64,000 nucleotides of DNA from Chlorokybus atmophyticus (GCA_009103225.1 RHPI01001831.1:1-64000), one strand, 5' to 3'. Shown: positions 10,538 through 23,229, counted from the first letter of the stretch. The notes: a model not told the origin generated them from the letters alone. Made by a program: numbers and translations.

Positions 10538-11383
10538 GTAGGCCTGTAGCAGGGCAGATGCAACCTGTAAATAGACATGACTTGTACAAAGACACACACA
10601 GCAACAACAACCTCCACAACAACAACCACAACTCCAACAAGAAAGCATCCAGATCACCTTGGCTTGCCTTGCAAGATGGATTGCCTTGCACTCCGCTTTG
10701 CATGCCGCCGCTCAACCATCAACTCCTAGGCCTTGGCACCACACTCTGTGCGCTCACACCCCTGTGCACGCCTCCTGCACAGCGCCGCCGGCGCCAACCC
10801 TAACTTGCAGCACAACTACCTGCTTGGCGCCAACATGGCGGCGTAGCTTAGCGCCAAAAAATGGCTGCACTAACTGGCTGCAAGGCAAGCCTGTGATAGG
10901 CTGGCGCAGCACTGGGCCTATTACAGGCTTGATAGGCTGCCAAGACAGCAAGGCTAACCCCGCCAACCCCTCACACCCTTCACAAACGATAAGTGCTGCT
11001 AGCGCGCAGACAAGGCATTCTGACCTTCCGAAATTAGGGGCAACTCACTTTTGAGGAGAGCCTCAAAATACCCCTACTTTGGCGTGCTGTATCTGGCGCG
11101 ATACTGCGCCAAAAAATGCAAAAAAATAACCATTGTGTAGCCCTAAGCCTCAGCTACAATTCCTATACATACATCACCGCCAAAAAACGTACTTATTAGC
11201 CGCCACAACCTTAAAACCTCAAAAACCTCCGAAATTAGGCACTCTTACCCTACGTGGGTTGCAAGTCATGTCAAATGGCCATCCGGCGCTGACCTGAGAG
11301 GCCTTTTCCTTGTATCGAGCGGCCGCCTCTCGCCACGACGCACGTGTGCACCCTGACAGCGGCTGACAGCGACGGCACCAACC

Positions 11384-12028
11384 ATGCCCGCAACCATGTG
11401 GCTGAGTCAGTCAGCTTGCTCCATGGCGGGGCGCAGGCCAGGCGGCGGTCGTGGCGACCTGGTGAAGGCGAGCAAGCAGCTGTCCTACCTGCTGAGGCAC
11501 CACCCGGAGAGCGCAGGCCTGCGGCTGGACGCGCAGGGGTGGGTGCCTGTGGCGGAGGTGCTGGCGGCGGTGCCGAACCTGACCGCCGCCCAGCTGGAGG
11601 CCGTGGTGGCCGCGGAGGGCCTGGACAAGAAGCGCTTTACTGTCGCCGTAGGCGACGACGGCGTCGCTCGCATCCGAGCCAGCCAGGGCCACTCCGCCGC
11701 GGTGCCCGTGGATCTCGCCCTTGTCGCCGCCTCGCCGGCCGACGTACCTGCCCACCTCTACCACGGCACTCCCGCCGTCAACCTCCCATCCATCATGGCC
11801 CAGGGCCTCCGCCCCCGCTCTCGCCACCACGTCCACCTTTCCAGGGACGTCCCCACAGCCCTTGCCGTCGGCCGGCGCCACGTGGGCGGCGGCGGCGCCC
11901 ACCCGGTCGTCCTGCAGGTGGCTGCCGCCTGCGCAACATCTTCAGGCCTCGATTTCTACCTTAGCGAAAATGGCGTTTGGCTGGCTGATCATGTGCCTCC
12001 CTCCTACTTGAGTGTTCATCCTGCTTGA
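11384..12028 (+). CDS. kptA: RNA 2'-phosphotransferase (KptA/Tpt1), bacterial-type, single exon
   Basis: Motifs SKQLSYLLRHHP, LDAQGWV, DKKRF, IRASQGHS, LYHGT, RHHVHLS, VGRRH..PVVL and FYLSENGVWL. The start may be Met 11384 or Met 11423. Confidence 0.92.
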   Translation: MPATMWLSQSACSMAGRRPGGGRGDLVKASKQLSYLLRHHPESAGLRLDAQGWVPVAEVLAAVPNLTAAQLEAVVAAEGLDKKRFTVAVGDDGVARIRASQGHSAAVPVDLALVAASPADVPAHLYHGTPAVNLPSIMAQGLRPRSRHHVHLSRDVPTALAVGRRHVGGGGAHPVVLQVAAACATSSGLDFYLSENGVWLADHVPPSYLSVHPA

Positions 12029-13436
12029 AACTCGCACCATACTAAAGCAAACAACCATTGTGTGGTTACTCTTTTGGCTCCAAGCCGGCTTCAAGCTGCA
12101 AAACAGTGCGTCTGTTGCAGGCAAGTGAAAGTATTGCGTCCTTAGCATGTCGATGTAGCAGTGTGTTGTTAGTTTCTTCAGTCTGACTTGCCTGTGCCAT
12201 TTGCATGGTACACGTACTTGTTGTGCTCTGTTCGATCTCGCACGCACGTGCGCACTTGCTTGTGAGCTGTGTGCGTGCATGCACGCATCCATTTGTTTGT
12301 GCATGTGCGAGTCTTACATGTACATGTAGCACGCGCATGTGCCATGTGTACTTGTGAAAGACAACGGAGCTAGCGCCCGTGCGCGAGTGTCTGTGTGTTT
12401 GTGTGCTGAGACTTACCTGCATTTTCATCGTTTTCTAAACTCAAAGTAGTGTCTTGCAGGCGGTTGTTAGTGTCTACAAGGCAAGCCTGTTATGAAGGTC
12501 TCGGCCTAGTTGTGTGGTGCCTAGTGATTGATGGCATTCACATCGTTGTGCTTGCAAGGAAGTTTGCTACGCCATGTCCCAGTCGGTTCGGCTACGTTGA
12601 TGGGCCACTCAGGTTGTTGCCAGACATGACCCGTGAGGCAGTCACCAGCTGCTGGAGGAGGAACAACATGTTTCCTGCCTGAAGCAGCAATACAACCTGT
12701 TACGGTGACTTGACGCTGGTGCAGTAATGTAGTAGCATGACGCTAGTAGTACACATAGCTCGGTCTGCTGCATTGTCGTGTGCGCATGCAAGTTATGTAC
12801 ACTCAGTTGACGAGTCTCTTGAGCTTTCCTTGTGTACGGTGTTGTGGAACAGGTCCATTTCAGCACCACACATTGTGATTGGAAGCCGGCAGCGTTTTTT
12901 GTGCAACTTGCATTTCTAAGTACTCTGGGGTGAAGTGAAGGTCGTAGCTTGCCAATGTACTAAACATGCGATACAATACTTATATGCATAAGATAATATG
13001 GAAACTGCAGGTGTCCTAGCTAGCCAACCAACCAACAAGCACGTCATAACAGAATAAGCAACAACATGAGGCAAACACACCATATTTCAGGTCGGGGGGG
13101 CATAGCGCAGCATGTGCCTCCAGTCATGCGCATGTGTGTTATGTACATGGGTGTTCAACACGTGCATGGAAGTTGACAGCACGTCCTACACATAACCCAA
13201 CCTGCTACTTTGAGACAGACTACACAATCACATCACAGCACACGCTCACCATTAAAATCACACAACAAGTAACGCACCACCTGCAACTGAACTATCCAAG
13301 CGCAAGTGTGCTCAACATGGTAAGCACATGTACATGCAGAGGTTCGACCACGACCACTACTATGTACACACATACAAACTTGTATGAGTGCGATATCGCG
13401 CACACAGCTGAACACTATCGTGGCACACCGCACCAG

Positions 13437-15390
13437 TCACAGCAGCCTGCTCCAGTGCTTCTCTAGCTCTTGCAATACGGAGGTGGCCAGTTCGCCAGCT
13501 TCCGGAGAGATGTTCAAGGCGCCAGTCAGATACGCACCACTGAAAGCCTTCCAATAAGGTGACGCAGGCCTTGGATAGTATGGATCGTTGATCGTGATGC
13601 TTTGCACAATGACATGGACGTCGTCATTGTGCGCCCGCATCTGATTGAAGTCGATACAACCATACCAAGGCTCTTGACTCATGGGGTTGTTGGGGTCACT
13701 GCACAAAACAAACTCGATGTCGCGCCCGTCCCAACCAACCTCAAAATTGATGAAGGACAGGAGCTGACCCATGCCAGCAGCAATCCTACTTGCGGGTAAG
13801 CCCAATCCTTCGATGCGATCGGTCGTAAGCGGATAATTCTCCAAATTGAAAAACCTGCTACGGGCTTGACTCGTTTCCTTGCCTAAGTAAAGGCGTGCCA
13901 AGAATGGTGGCATAGGTTTCTCCTTCTCAGCCTCAGGAAAATACTTCTCCATGATGGCGTTGCCGACTTCGAGTGGCACCGGCCGCATGCGCTGCATCAC
14001 ATACATTGCAACGGGTGGCAAGCCCAAGGCCATGCCTGGAGGGTTGCCAAGAGCATTCGCAAAGTCCTGAAACGTGTCGTAGTAGCCAAGTGGTTGGGGC
14101 ACTTGAAATATTAAATGCTCTTGCTTGCTGCATGCGGCAGCAAGCAACTCAAGATCTTTGTATTCCTGCAACAGCTTCGTGGCATCTGCTTGATGCCTAA
14201 CTTGCTTGACAACAACGGCGCTGTAGTCCTTGTTGCAGAAAACAGTAGCAAAGCTACCGGCACCCAAGCGCTCGAACCGACTGATCAGAGCAGAACTTGG
14301 AACCTAAATTCGTACAAAGGTAACAGGTGATTAGAAACCAAGCAAGTCATCACATTCATTACTCCGGCATGCATTTCCTTTGACAGATGTCACACTTGAA
14401 GAGCAGCATGGAAGATATCTAACAACGCATCAACCTAACAGCTTGTTCAACTCTTCATGCTGTGTGCATGACAGTACTTGGAATTGGGACGACTCAATAG
14501 CGAAGCATGCATCAGTATTGGGTTTCACACACCTCCGCTTGTGCAGTGACAGAACCGGCAGGCTCCCCTTCGACACCCTTCACAGCCTGCTTGAAAACAC
14601 TACAGTCATCTCTCAAACCCTTGACTATCATAGCCATGACGTTAGGACGAACAAACATAGTTGCAGTGCACCAGTACTGCCTCCCACACCTCAGCTTTTG
14701 CAGTGATGGTAGCAGGCTCAGCTTGGACAACTTGCACCTCCCCTTTACCCTCCTCCAACTCTTCATCCTGATGTGAGTGCATGACAGCATCGCAAACTTG
14801 GACTGAGGACAACCCGACAGAAAAGCATTGCACGAGATTTGGCTTTCGTACACCTCAGCTTGCGCAGTGAAGGGCGAACCAGCAGGCTCGCCTTCAACCT
14901 GCTTGACAACAATACTGTCATCTCCCAAACGCTTGGCTATATTAGGACGATTAAGTACTGCCTCTCACACCTCAGCTTGTACAGTGATGGTATCAGGCTC
15001 ATCTTGGACATCTTGCGCCTCCCCTTTGCCCTCCTCAGCCTGCTCGCCAACAACAGTATCTCCCAAGCGCTCCACTATGCTGACGAACGCTGCCTCGCCC
15101 ACCAGCGTTGTTGTCAACGTTAGGTTGTCCATGAGATCATGCAGAGCAGGATATGCTTGGCTTTGGTCTCCCAGTTGCACCTGAAAACTGTTGCGCAACT
15201 TGTCCAACAGTTCTGTCGCAGGCATGTCCAACAGACTTGCCTGCGACAGAACTGTTGGAGGTGAAAGTTTGTCAGAAAGCATGTCTGACAGAGCGGCCAA
15301 AAGCGGCCACAGCCAAGCGGGCATGCCTGGCAACAACTTCGTTGCCATGGCCCGTCAGCCGTTCAAGGCTGGGTTGCATGGTGTAGGTCC
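13437..15390 (-). CDS. Kinase-like protein of fungal DUF3669 type, paralogue 1 (main exon 14302-13437; upstream exon(s) partly degenerate)
   Basis: Gly-loop LGAGSFATVF, VVKQV, DGRDIEFVL, CIDFNQ and NDPYYPRP. An acceptor lies at 14302. The upstream segment MQPSLERLTGHGNEVV is shared with paralogue 2 but frameshifted here. The family name is recalled from motifs and was not searched. Confidence 0.7.
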
Positions 15391-16199
15391 AGCCAAACAG
15401 TGCAAACGGAAGGCTGCAAGGACCTACAAGCAAAGGTCAGCAACGTTAGTCATTAACCCGCAATAACCTAGGCAGTGCCCCTGTTTTACTCACAACGCGT
15501 GTACTTGATAGCCAATACTCTACATATTGCTCTGAATGCACAGCAATCTTCATCCATCAAACACACACACGCATACGCAACACACACACGCATGCATGCA
15601 TGCATGCATGCATGCATGCATGTACAACCATTATATAAACCGTCACATGCAGACGCACTGTGTTGAATGCAAGGCATGTGGAAACACGCACGAGCAAGCA
15701 GCCGCAACAGAACTCACCCCGCTCCACAACATGCAAGGCATGTGGAAACCCGCACGAGCAGCCGCAGCGCTCACAATCCTCATCCACCACAAGCTTGCTG
15801 TGTTCGCTACAGAAACTACAAAGTCACACAGCACCTGACCAGCAGATTAGCGTTAGTAGTTTGAGATCAATGAACGGAAGGCAGGTGGGCGGTAGAATCG
15901 CTAGTGCCCGCCTGCCTCGCCTACAGTAGGTTTGAGGGGTTGGAGAAAGGCGAGGCAGGCAGGTGGCAGCGAGTAGCCACCGCCTGCCTCGCCCTTGTCA
16001 AATTAGACCTGCTGATTGTGTCTCAGTTTGTGAGTACCGTAAAGCTGTGAGTTTACTGTCCCATACATCCATCATGCGTGACCGGGTGGCCGTCACGCAT
16101 CGCATTCGGCGATGTTGGTAACCCGTTCTATAACAACTGTAGCTAACGTCGTTGTCATAAAAATGTCACACACAACAAAAACATGACAAATTGTAGGCG

Positions 16200-19100
16200 T
16201 CGTCGCGATGATGAACGATCACATTGATGCGGTTGCCTTACATACATATACATGTATGCATATCTGCCCAGATTATTGTACTATGTCTTACATCAGTTGT
16301 ACTTGTTCATGTACATTATAGTGTTAGAAATCGTGCTTGTTTTTATGTACAAAGGTACTATGAATTTTGTGTCTTATATATATTTATAATTATCTATATA
16401 ACTAATATATTAAAATATGTATTACAATATTTCAATAGAATACTATGGATATTTATAATTAAGCTGCAATCGTTTCCTTCAGCTTTGTCAAGCTTGGACC
16501 TGATCTTTATGTTTAAACTAATCATCGGATATTATGACATAAAAGCCAAAACTACTATATAACTGCATGTAAGACAATTGTAACACAAACATTGATTTAA
16601 CGATAAACAATATTTTTAATAAAACAAGAGTGAAATGTGCAAGTGTATGTAAGAAAGCTTGAGTGTCAGCTGGTGCATTAGCCTAATGTCATTATCATGC
16701 ATATGCTTGGTGTATTGCCTATATATATGTGGTGTTCCGTGTTTACTGCCGCATGCGGCGCAAGGCATGCCGCCATGTACTGGGTGTGCGTGTTCGCCAA
16801 TCATTCATGCTGTATGATCATAGCCATATGTGTAGGTTTAAAACATGATTATATATAAATGCATTGGCCCAATCATATAATATTCTGCTTTTAAGTGTAT
16901 GGGCCCCAGCATATAATATCCATGATAGATGTTGTATATCAAGCGGTGTGACCACTACCTCTTATGGTCATAGTTCATGTGCATCTCTTTTGTGTCAGCT
17001 TACATGCACGCCAAGAATATTTGTGAAATATGTAGACTGAAATAATTTGTTTCTTTTGAGGCGCTAAATTATTTATGATATGTATATATGATACCAATAA
17101 TGGCAATCAACGTCATGTATGCGACAATTGCATGAACTTACATTGATTGCCATCATTTGTGTGGCCACATCTAGCGTGCGTCTCCTTCGTGTCGGCTTAC
17201 TAAGCCGACATGACATGCATGCTATAAGTAAATGAACTCAACTGCAAATTGTGCTGACTACCATTACTTGTTTGATTTGAGGCATTAAATACTAATAATG
17301 GCAATCAACGTCGTGCATCCGACCTCCGCATACGCTTGTGTTGATATTCAACGACCAATGTACTGCTCGTAATATGACTTTAAATATTGCAAATAATGTC
17401 ACATTGATTGTAACGATCACAATTCAATGGCAATATGATGTCGCGATGGCCAATTAATTGTACGATATTGTGCCATGCAAGCCTGCACTGATGACTCTCA
17501 CCCATAGAAGTTCAGATGTATATGTTATATCACCCATCCGTATCAAAGAGACATCGAGCTGCATATACATATTGTTTAATTATTTGATAATGTGCCATTG
17601 CAAGGTTCAAGAATTTATGTGGATCATCCCACCGTGGCGCACGTGAGGCTCACGTGTGCACGTGTATGTGTGCACATGCAAAGCGCTTGTCCTTTACTCC
17701 TCAATTTGCCCGTCAATCCTTTCAACGTACCTGCAGTTGAAGGCGCAACTACAAAACCAATATGGGTACTGTGGCCTCTCCTCCCTGCAGGTTGTGCTTC
17801 ACGGAAGGGGTACCCCTTCTTGCTGCCTACCTCGACCTGCTTGAGGGTCTAGTCTTATCTAGTGTCTTGCATACTATACTTGTAGTGTTATAGCTAGTCC
17901 AAGTGTTAACACTTACAACTGGCGTTGTATTTGATAGCTCTACCTTAGCCCCCGCATGATTGAGGGTGTTTTGCGTGCTGTTGGCTGTGCGCTAAATGCT
18001 GCACACATTCGTTTCCACATGATAGAGTGTGCTTCGCGCAGCTCTTGTGTCTATTATGGGTACTATTGCTACTTGCATAACAGATTCTGCATGAACCTTC
18101 AGCAAGCGTCTCTTACAAGCGCACGCGATATGACAGCGAATATGGCACAACTTGCCTTTGGTGTGACTCGAACCCAGCTTTCTCGAATCACAACCTCTTC
18201 TTCCTATTTACCTTATGAGTTAAACAACAGAAATTGAAAAAGCTTGCTCTTGGTATATCACTAGAACAATCGGATTACAACCCCCCCTCCCCCCCCTTCC
18301 TTAGATACGATAACATTTANNNNNNNNNNNNNNNNNNNNNNNNNNNNCCCCCCCCCCCCCCCCCCCCCCCCCCCCGCTTTCATCGTAAAGGGTGAAAGTG
18401 ACTACAAAATTGAATCCAAATTTGGATAATCTAACTTAGCGGTCATTGTTACGTGTGTAGAAAATAATTTTCATGCATGAGTAGGTTTGTCACATGATGC
18501 CTAATCAAATGGGTAGACAATTCTTTGTCCGATAAGGACAGACTTTATTCAATAACCAGACATCACCGCCTCAAACTCATCTGAACTTATATTTGAAACC
18601 TCTCAAACATTCAGCTTGTCAACTGAAAGTCAACTTACTAGCTGACCAACAAAGTCTTCAACATTGATTAGACAGCTGATGTTATCCTGCATACTCAAAT
18701 ATTTTTACAATAGTCTAGGTCTTAGCCATTTCAGTGACTTGAAGAAAAGTGAAGGTTGAATGTCAGACAAAAATAGCCTGCTTACATTCACAACATCTTT
18801 GATAGACAGAGTTCACTGCATATGGTTGATGCTGCTATCTGATTGTCATGCATTGGAGAGGTTACCGGTTTTATTCAACAACCAAACAAGCCATCTGCCA
18901 ACAAGATTATTAGTAGATCTCGTCAACCATGTACGTGCTGATACATCTAATTGCCGTCGCGGCGCAGCCACTCGTTTGCATCTTCATCCACCACGTCTTC
19001 CTCATCGCTCGAGGCGATGTTAATTCTTTGCGTGCCTCCCTAAGGGACACATGTATCAACCCCTTGGGCAATAACGCGTGCGAGTGATGTTTATTTTCCT

Positions 19101-19790
19101 TTAGTGACAATATTTATGTTTGCAAGCGGTATCATTTGTATAAAAACATGTGTGATCTCTCGTAATAATGATGTGAATGAAAATTGTGGCCAACATTGGT
19201 TGCATAAGAGTTTGACAATGTGACGCTACCAAGTTAAATACTTATTATGATATGCACGAAAAAAAGTGGTGCAGTTGTTGATATCATATCTAAAGGTTAA
19301 TTCTATCTTTATCAATCTATGGTTTGTTAAAAAGTAATACGGTATGTGTATTAATTTTGATATAAGTATGTACAAGCATGTAAAATTGAGGATTTATACA
19401 AGTATGAAGCATTGTGTATGTAACATATAACATAAATATATCATCAGACTGTATAGTTCTTAAATGTTTATATATTGTTTATGTATATACACACACATAC
19501 ACATATACATATATATGTATGTATACAAATATATATATATATGTGTATATATATACTTATATATACATATATGTGTATATGTGTATGTGTATGTATATAC
19601 ATAAACAACATATAAATATATGTATATATACATACATATATGTGTATATGCATGTATATATATATCAAGGATAATATCATGACATAGTATGCATGTTACA
19701 TGTGAACAACTACTAGTACACTGGCTCATAAAATTGAGAGGTGTATATACATGATTAATGAGTATAAATACGCATCTGTACGCGTAAAAA
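16200..19790. other. AT-rich, unassigned block containing an assembly gap (N 18320-18347) and an (AT/AC) low-complexity tract (19460-19670)
   Basis: Composition is visibly much more AT-rich than the flanks. There is no long ORF and no motif I can name. Confidence 0.6.
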
Positions 19791-20260
19791 CAAATCATTG
19801 TGGTCGCTTGGCAGCATCCTTACCCCCTAGCAATATCCCAATTTCTTTAAAAGTTCTAGGTTTGAATTTCGCCGTTGCACAGAGCCATTGCGTCTGATGG
19901 CTCTGTGCAACGGTGGCGGCAGGCGGGAGGGCAGCGGCGGCGGCGATGGCGGTGGCGGTGGCGGGCGGGCGGGCGGTTGGACGGACGGGCGGGCTTAGCG
20001 GTGGTGGTCCGGCCGCAGCACTGGTGCGGATGTCTGGCCAGCCACCAGCAGGGAGGCCGCGGCAGGCCGCCTGCCAGCGGGCAGCGGGCAACGGCACGTG
20101 GGCAGAGTATAGTGCGCACATGTAAGCGTGTGAGCGTGTGGGCGTGCGTGTGTGTTGGCGTGTGGCGTGTTTTAGGTCTTCCACTTGTCACATTGGCCTG
20201 ATCTGGTAGTGCATGTGAGTGTTGGCGAACAGTTTACCTTGTGCCTGGCTTGGTCTGACA

Positions 20261-20262
<2 letters not shown>

Positions 20263-20332
<70 letters not shown>
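20263..20332. repeat. (GT)n microsatellite ending at a single N
   Basis: Directly visible; N at 20333. Confidence 0.95.
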
Positions 20333-20339
20333 NTCCTCT

Positions 20340-22110
20340 ACCTAGGGGTTAGGCAGGATGCTGACCTCCCCGCCCATGTTGTCCTTCGCCTCGATCAAGG
20401 GCACGGCTTCAGGGTCTACAAGGTCCGGCAGCGGAACACCCGAGGGGTAGTGGTGGACGCGCTGATGTTAGAGCACAGCATCAGCGATCAAGTCTAGCTG
20501 CGCTTTTGTGTGGATGTTACCACCCCCACCTTTTGGATGGAGTACAACTGAGGTGGTTGTACATGCACTGACTTGTGTTGTTTGTGTTTGTGTTTCTGTT
20601 TGTCTTTATGTCTGTGTGGCGTGCTTGTGCATTGCTGTGCGTGTGTGCATACTTAAACTGGTTTGGGGCATTACGGGCAATGTGTGTGTGTGTTATGACA
20701 ACCTGTGCATGCACATAGCATGCAGCTTGTATGCTCGAAGGCTGGCACAATAGGTTGGGAGGGTGAAGGGTTTCTGTACGCAGCGGTCTAGGCCTGCTTT
20801 ACTTATGCAGCGCAAGCCTGTGTCTAGCTGCTGTTTTCATGTTGACGAGGGTGAGTGCTGGCTGACATGCTGCCAGGGTTGCATGCACGGCCTTATCTGC
20901 AGCGTTGAGGTCGGAGGGAATGGGGGACAGTGACATGTAGCGATCTGGGCTGCAGACAGGGCTGTGGTCAGGGCTTGCCATGTGGAGCTCATGCCTCGCT
21001 GTGGGTCATTATATACGTGTGGGGGCTCCAGCTGTGAAGAGATCAATGCTGCATGACTAAGCTCCTGCAGGTGTGTGAATGTGCGTGGGTCCTGCATGCT
21101 GCATAGCCCGGTGCTATTCTAACAACTTGGCTTATTTTGCAGCCTCCTTTGGCAGCCTTGGCAGCATCCTTGGCGGCCTTGGCAGCCTTCTTCTGCTCGG
21201 CCAGCTGCGCTCGAACCTCCTGAGCACCCTGCCTCTTCTCAGCAGCCTCCTCCTTCTTCTGTGCCATCTGCTTCCTGTACGCAGCCTTCTCCTTGCGCAG
21301 CACAACTTGAATGGCTCGGTTCTTGGCTGTCACTGCCTCCCTCTTCTCGTGCAGCAGGTCTACGTTGGCCTGCGAGGTCACAACTTGGGCGCCCTGCACC
21401 ACATGGTTCCTTTTCTGCTTCTGATGCCACCCTTGCTGTGCATCCTGCTGGTGGACGCCAATGTTGATGTTGTTGTTTTCGGCAGCAGCGTTATAATGGC
21501 CACTGATGTTATTGTTGTTGTGGTTGTTGATGTTGTTGACGTTTGGACGTACCTCCACCGGTGGGCGGCCATTCTCGTTATCGCTGTCACTGGCCTCGTC
21601 CTCTGTCGCCTCCGAGTACTCTTCGCTCGCAGACTGTTCAGGCAGGCCATCTCCGTCCATTGGCAGTGCCGGGCCTCCAAACTCATGCTGCACCTGCAAG
21701 TGGGCGAGATCTGGTGTGCACTTTGCATGTTCACAGGGGTTCTTATGCGCGGACCAGTTGGAGGACGGCGCGCAGGCCACGTCTGGCACGTTCTAGCGTA
21801 CCAGTGCCGCGACTGGTCCGTCGTTGCCGGACCACTGGTGGTCCGGCCCCGGAGCCCGCCAGCATGGTCTGAATGACCGGACCAGGGCTGGTTGCGTGCC
21901 CCGCGGGTTGTAGACCGGTACTGCATTGATCAGCACGCGGTTCAATTGATAGAACCAAGGCTGATCGCGTGTTCCGCGGCCTGTGAGCCAGTGGACTTTG
22001 TTAGCAGTACACATGCACTGTGCGCATAGGGTCCATTGCTTCGCACCATGCATGGTACGGCAACCGGCTGCTGCTTACTACATTACACTTTGCCGCTGAC
22101 TCAACGGATT
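20340..22110 (-). pseudogene. Possible degenerate multi-exon gene, Myb/SANT(trihelix)-like N-terminus with acidic and Lys/Ala-rich coiled-coil tail, probably transposon-associated
   Basis: KQWTLC...DQPWFYQLNRVL resembles the end of Harbinger-associated Myb domains. ORF 21789-21043 has SEEYSEATEDEASDSD and AEQKKAAKAAKDAAK. Confidence 0.3.
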
Positions 22111-22262
22111 GAGCGTACGTCAGCAGAACGCAAGCAGCTTACGGCAGCTTGTAGTTATCCGCGCTTGCTGGAATGTCAAGGTGCTGAGTTGTCGTTGCTG
22201 GTGCTGCGGTCCAAGCTGGTGGCGGCGGCGGGTGGTGCGGCGAGTGGTTTTGCGCGAGCTGA

Positions 22263-22438
22263 GTTTGTTAGGTAGAAGTTGTTGCTGATAGCCAAAGCAT
22301 GTACGTACCGTAGCATTGCTGCTGCTGTGGCTTGCATGCGTAGCATGAAAGTTTGTTTGGTAGAAGTTGTTGCTGATAGCCAAAGCATGTACGTACCGTA
22401 GCATTGCTGCTGCTGTGGCTTGCATGCGTAGCATGAAA
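22263..22438. repeat. 88-bp tandem duplication
   Basis: 22263-22350 repeats almost exactly at 22351-22438. Confidence 0.95.
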
Positions 22439-23229
22439 GCGGCTGCTGCTCAGGCAGTTGCTTATGTTGCTGCTGATGTCAGCATTGGCTTTGTATTGGT
22501 AAGACTGTGGTGAGTGCAGCCTCTCGCCTGCCGGCAGCAACCGTTGCTGTGGTTGTAAGTGTCGCATCTGGTCATGTCTGCATATAGATGTTGCTAATGT
22601 ATGTGTTTGCTTATTGTCAAGCTGCAGTGCATCTGCGTATGTTTACCTCTGCAAAGCTGACTGCCTTGTGCATTGGCTAGCAATCAGGTGATGGAATTGC
22701 TTGGCATGGTTGGTATACCGTAAGTTGACTGCTGTTATGAGTGGGCGGATGCTCAACTGCTGCCCGAAGTGGCTTATCGGAGGAGGCATGGACGGTACCA
22801 GTCACCAAGCAGCTGACAAGATTGATATACACTGCCTGCTTCGCGGTGCCGTGAGATAAGTACATTGGTGTATGTGTGCTTAAGGTACACCCCCACCAAT
22901 GCTTGTAGCTGCACGTGCGCATATCATGCGTATGTGTGCACATGTAAGTTTCTGTGCTTCCGCGTGGCCTCATATGTTAATCGACGATCGGACAATGCCT
23001 CGGCGGCGGACACAGTCGCCTGCAGGCGCAGGGGAGGGAGGTACAAGGGGGTCTACAGAGCAGGCACTGCATGGCGGCGCTGCTTCCCAGCCTGTGGACG
23101 GTGTAGGAGCGCGGGTTGCGAGGGGAGCGCGGGGAGGGGGGGACAAGGTCGAGTGTGGGCGACAGCGTCACAAGATGAGCTACTAGAGCGCCGTTTGTAC
23201 ATGGCAATTCGACTAGGTATAGGACCGCC

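Larger units (their letters stand above)
7499..11250 (+). mobile_element. Tc1/mariner-superfamily (pogo/Fot1-like) DNA transposon, full length
   Basis: 23-bp TIRs: GGGTAAACGTGCCTAATTTCGGA (7499-7521) and TCCGAAATTAGGCACTCTTACCC (11228-11250). Both are flanked by TA. Subterminal copies of CCTAATTTCGGA lie near 7528 and 11027. Confidence 0.9.

Noticed and set aside
11344-11964. Overlapping Arg/Pro-rich ORF on KptA
   Set aside because: It is an alternative-frame artefact of high GC.
12030-13400. Additional gene between KptA and the kinase
   Set aside because: There are only short ORFs and intron-like CA/GT sequence, with no recognisable domain. It is probably UTR.
19795-20184. N-terminus of a second Harbinger nuclease
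   Set aside because: There is only a vague KPRTFKEIGILL resemblance and no downstream catalytic motifs.
21079-21876. 265-aa Leu/Val-rich membrane protein on the plus strand
   Set aside because: It is the antisense shadow of the Lys/Glu/Asn-rich minus-strand ORF.
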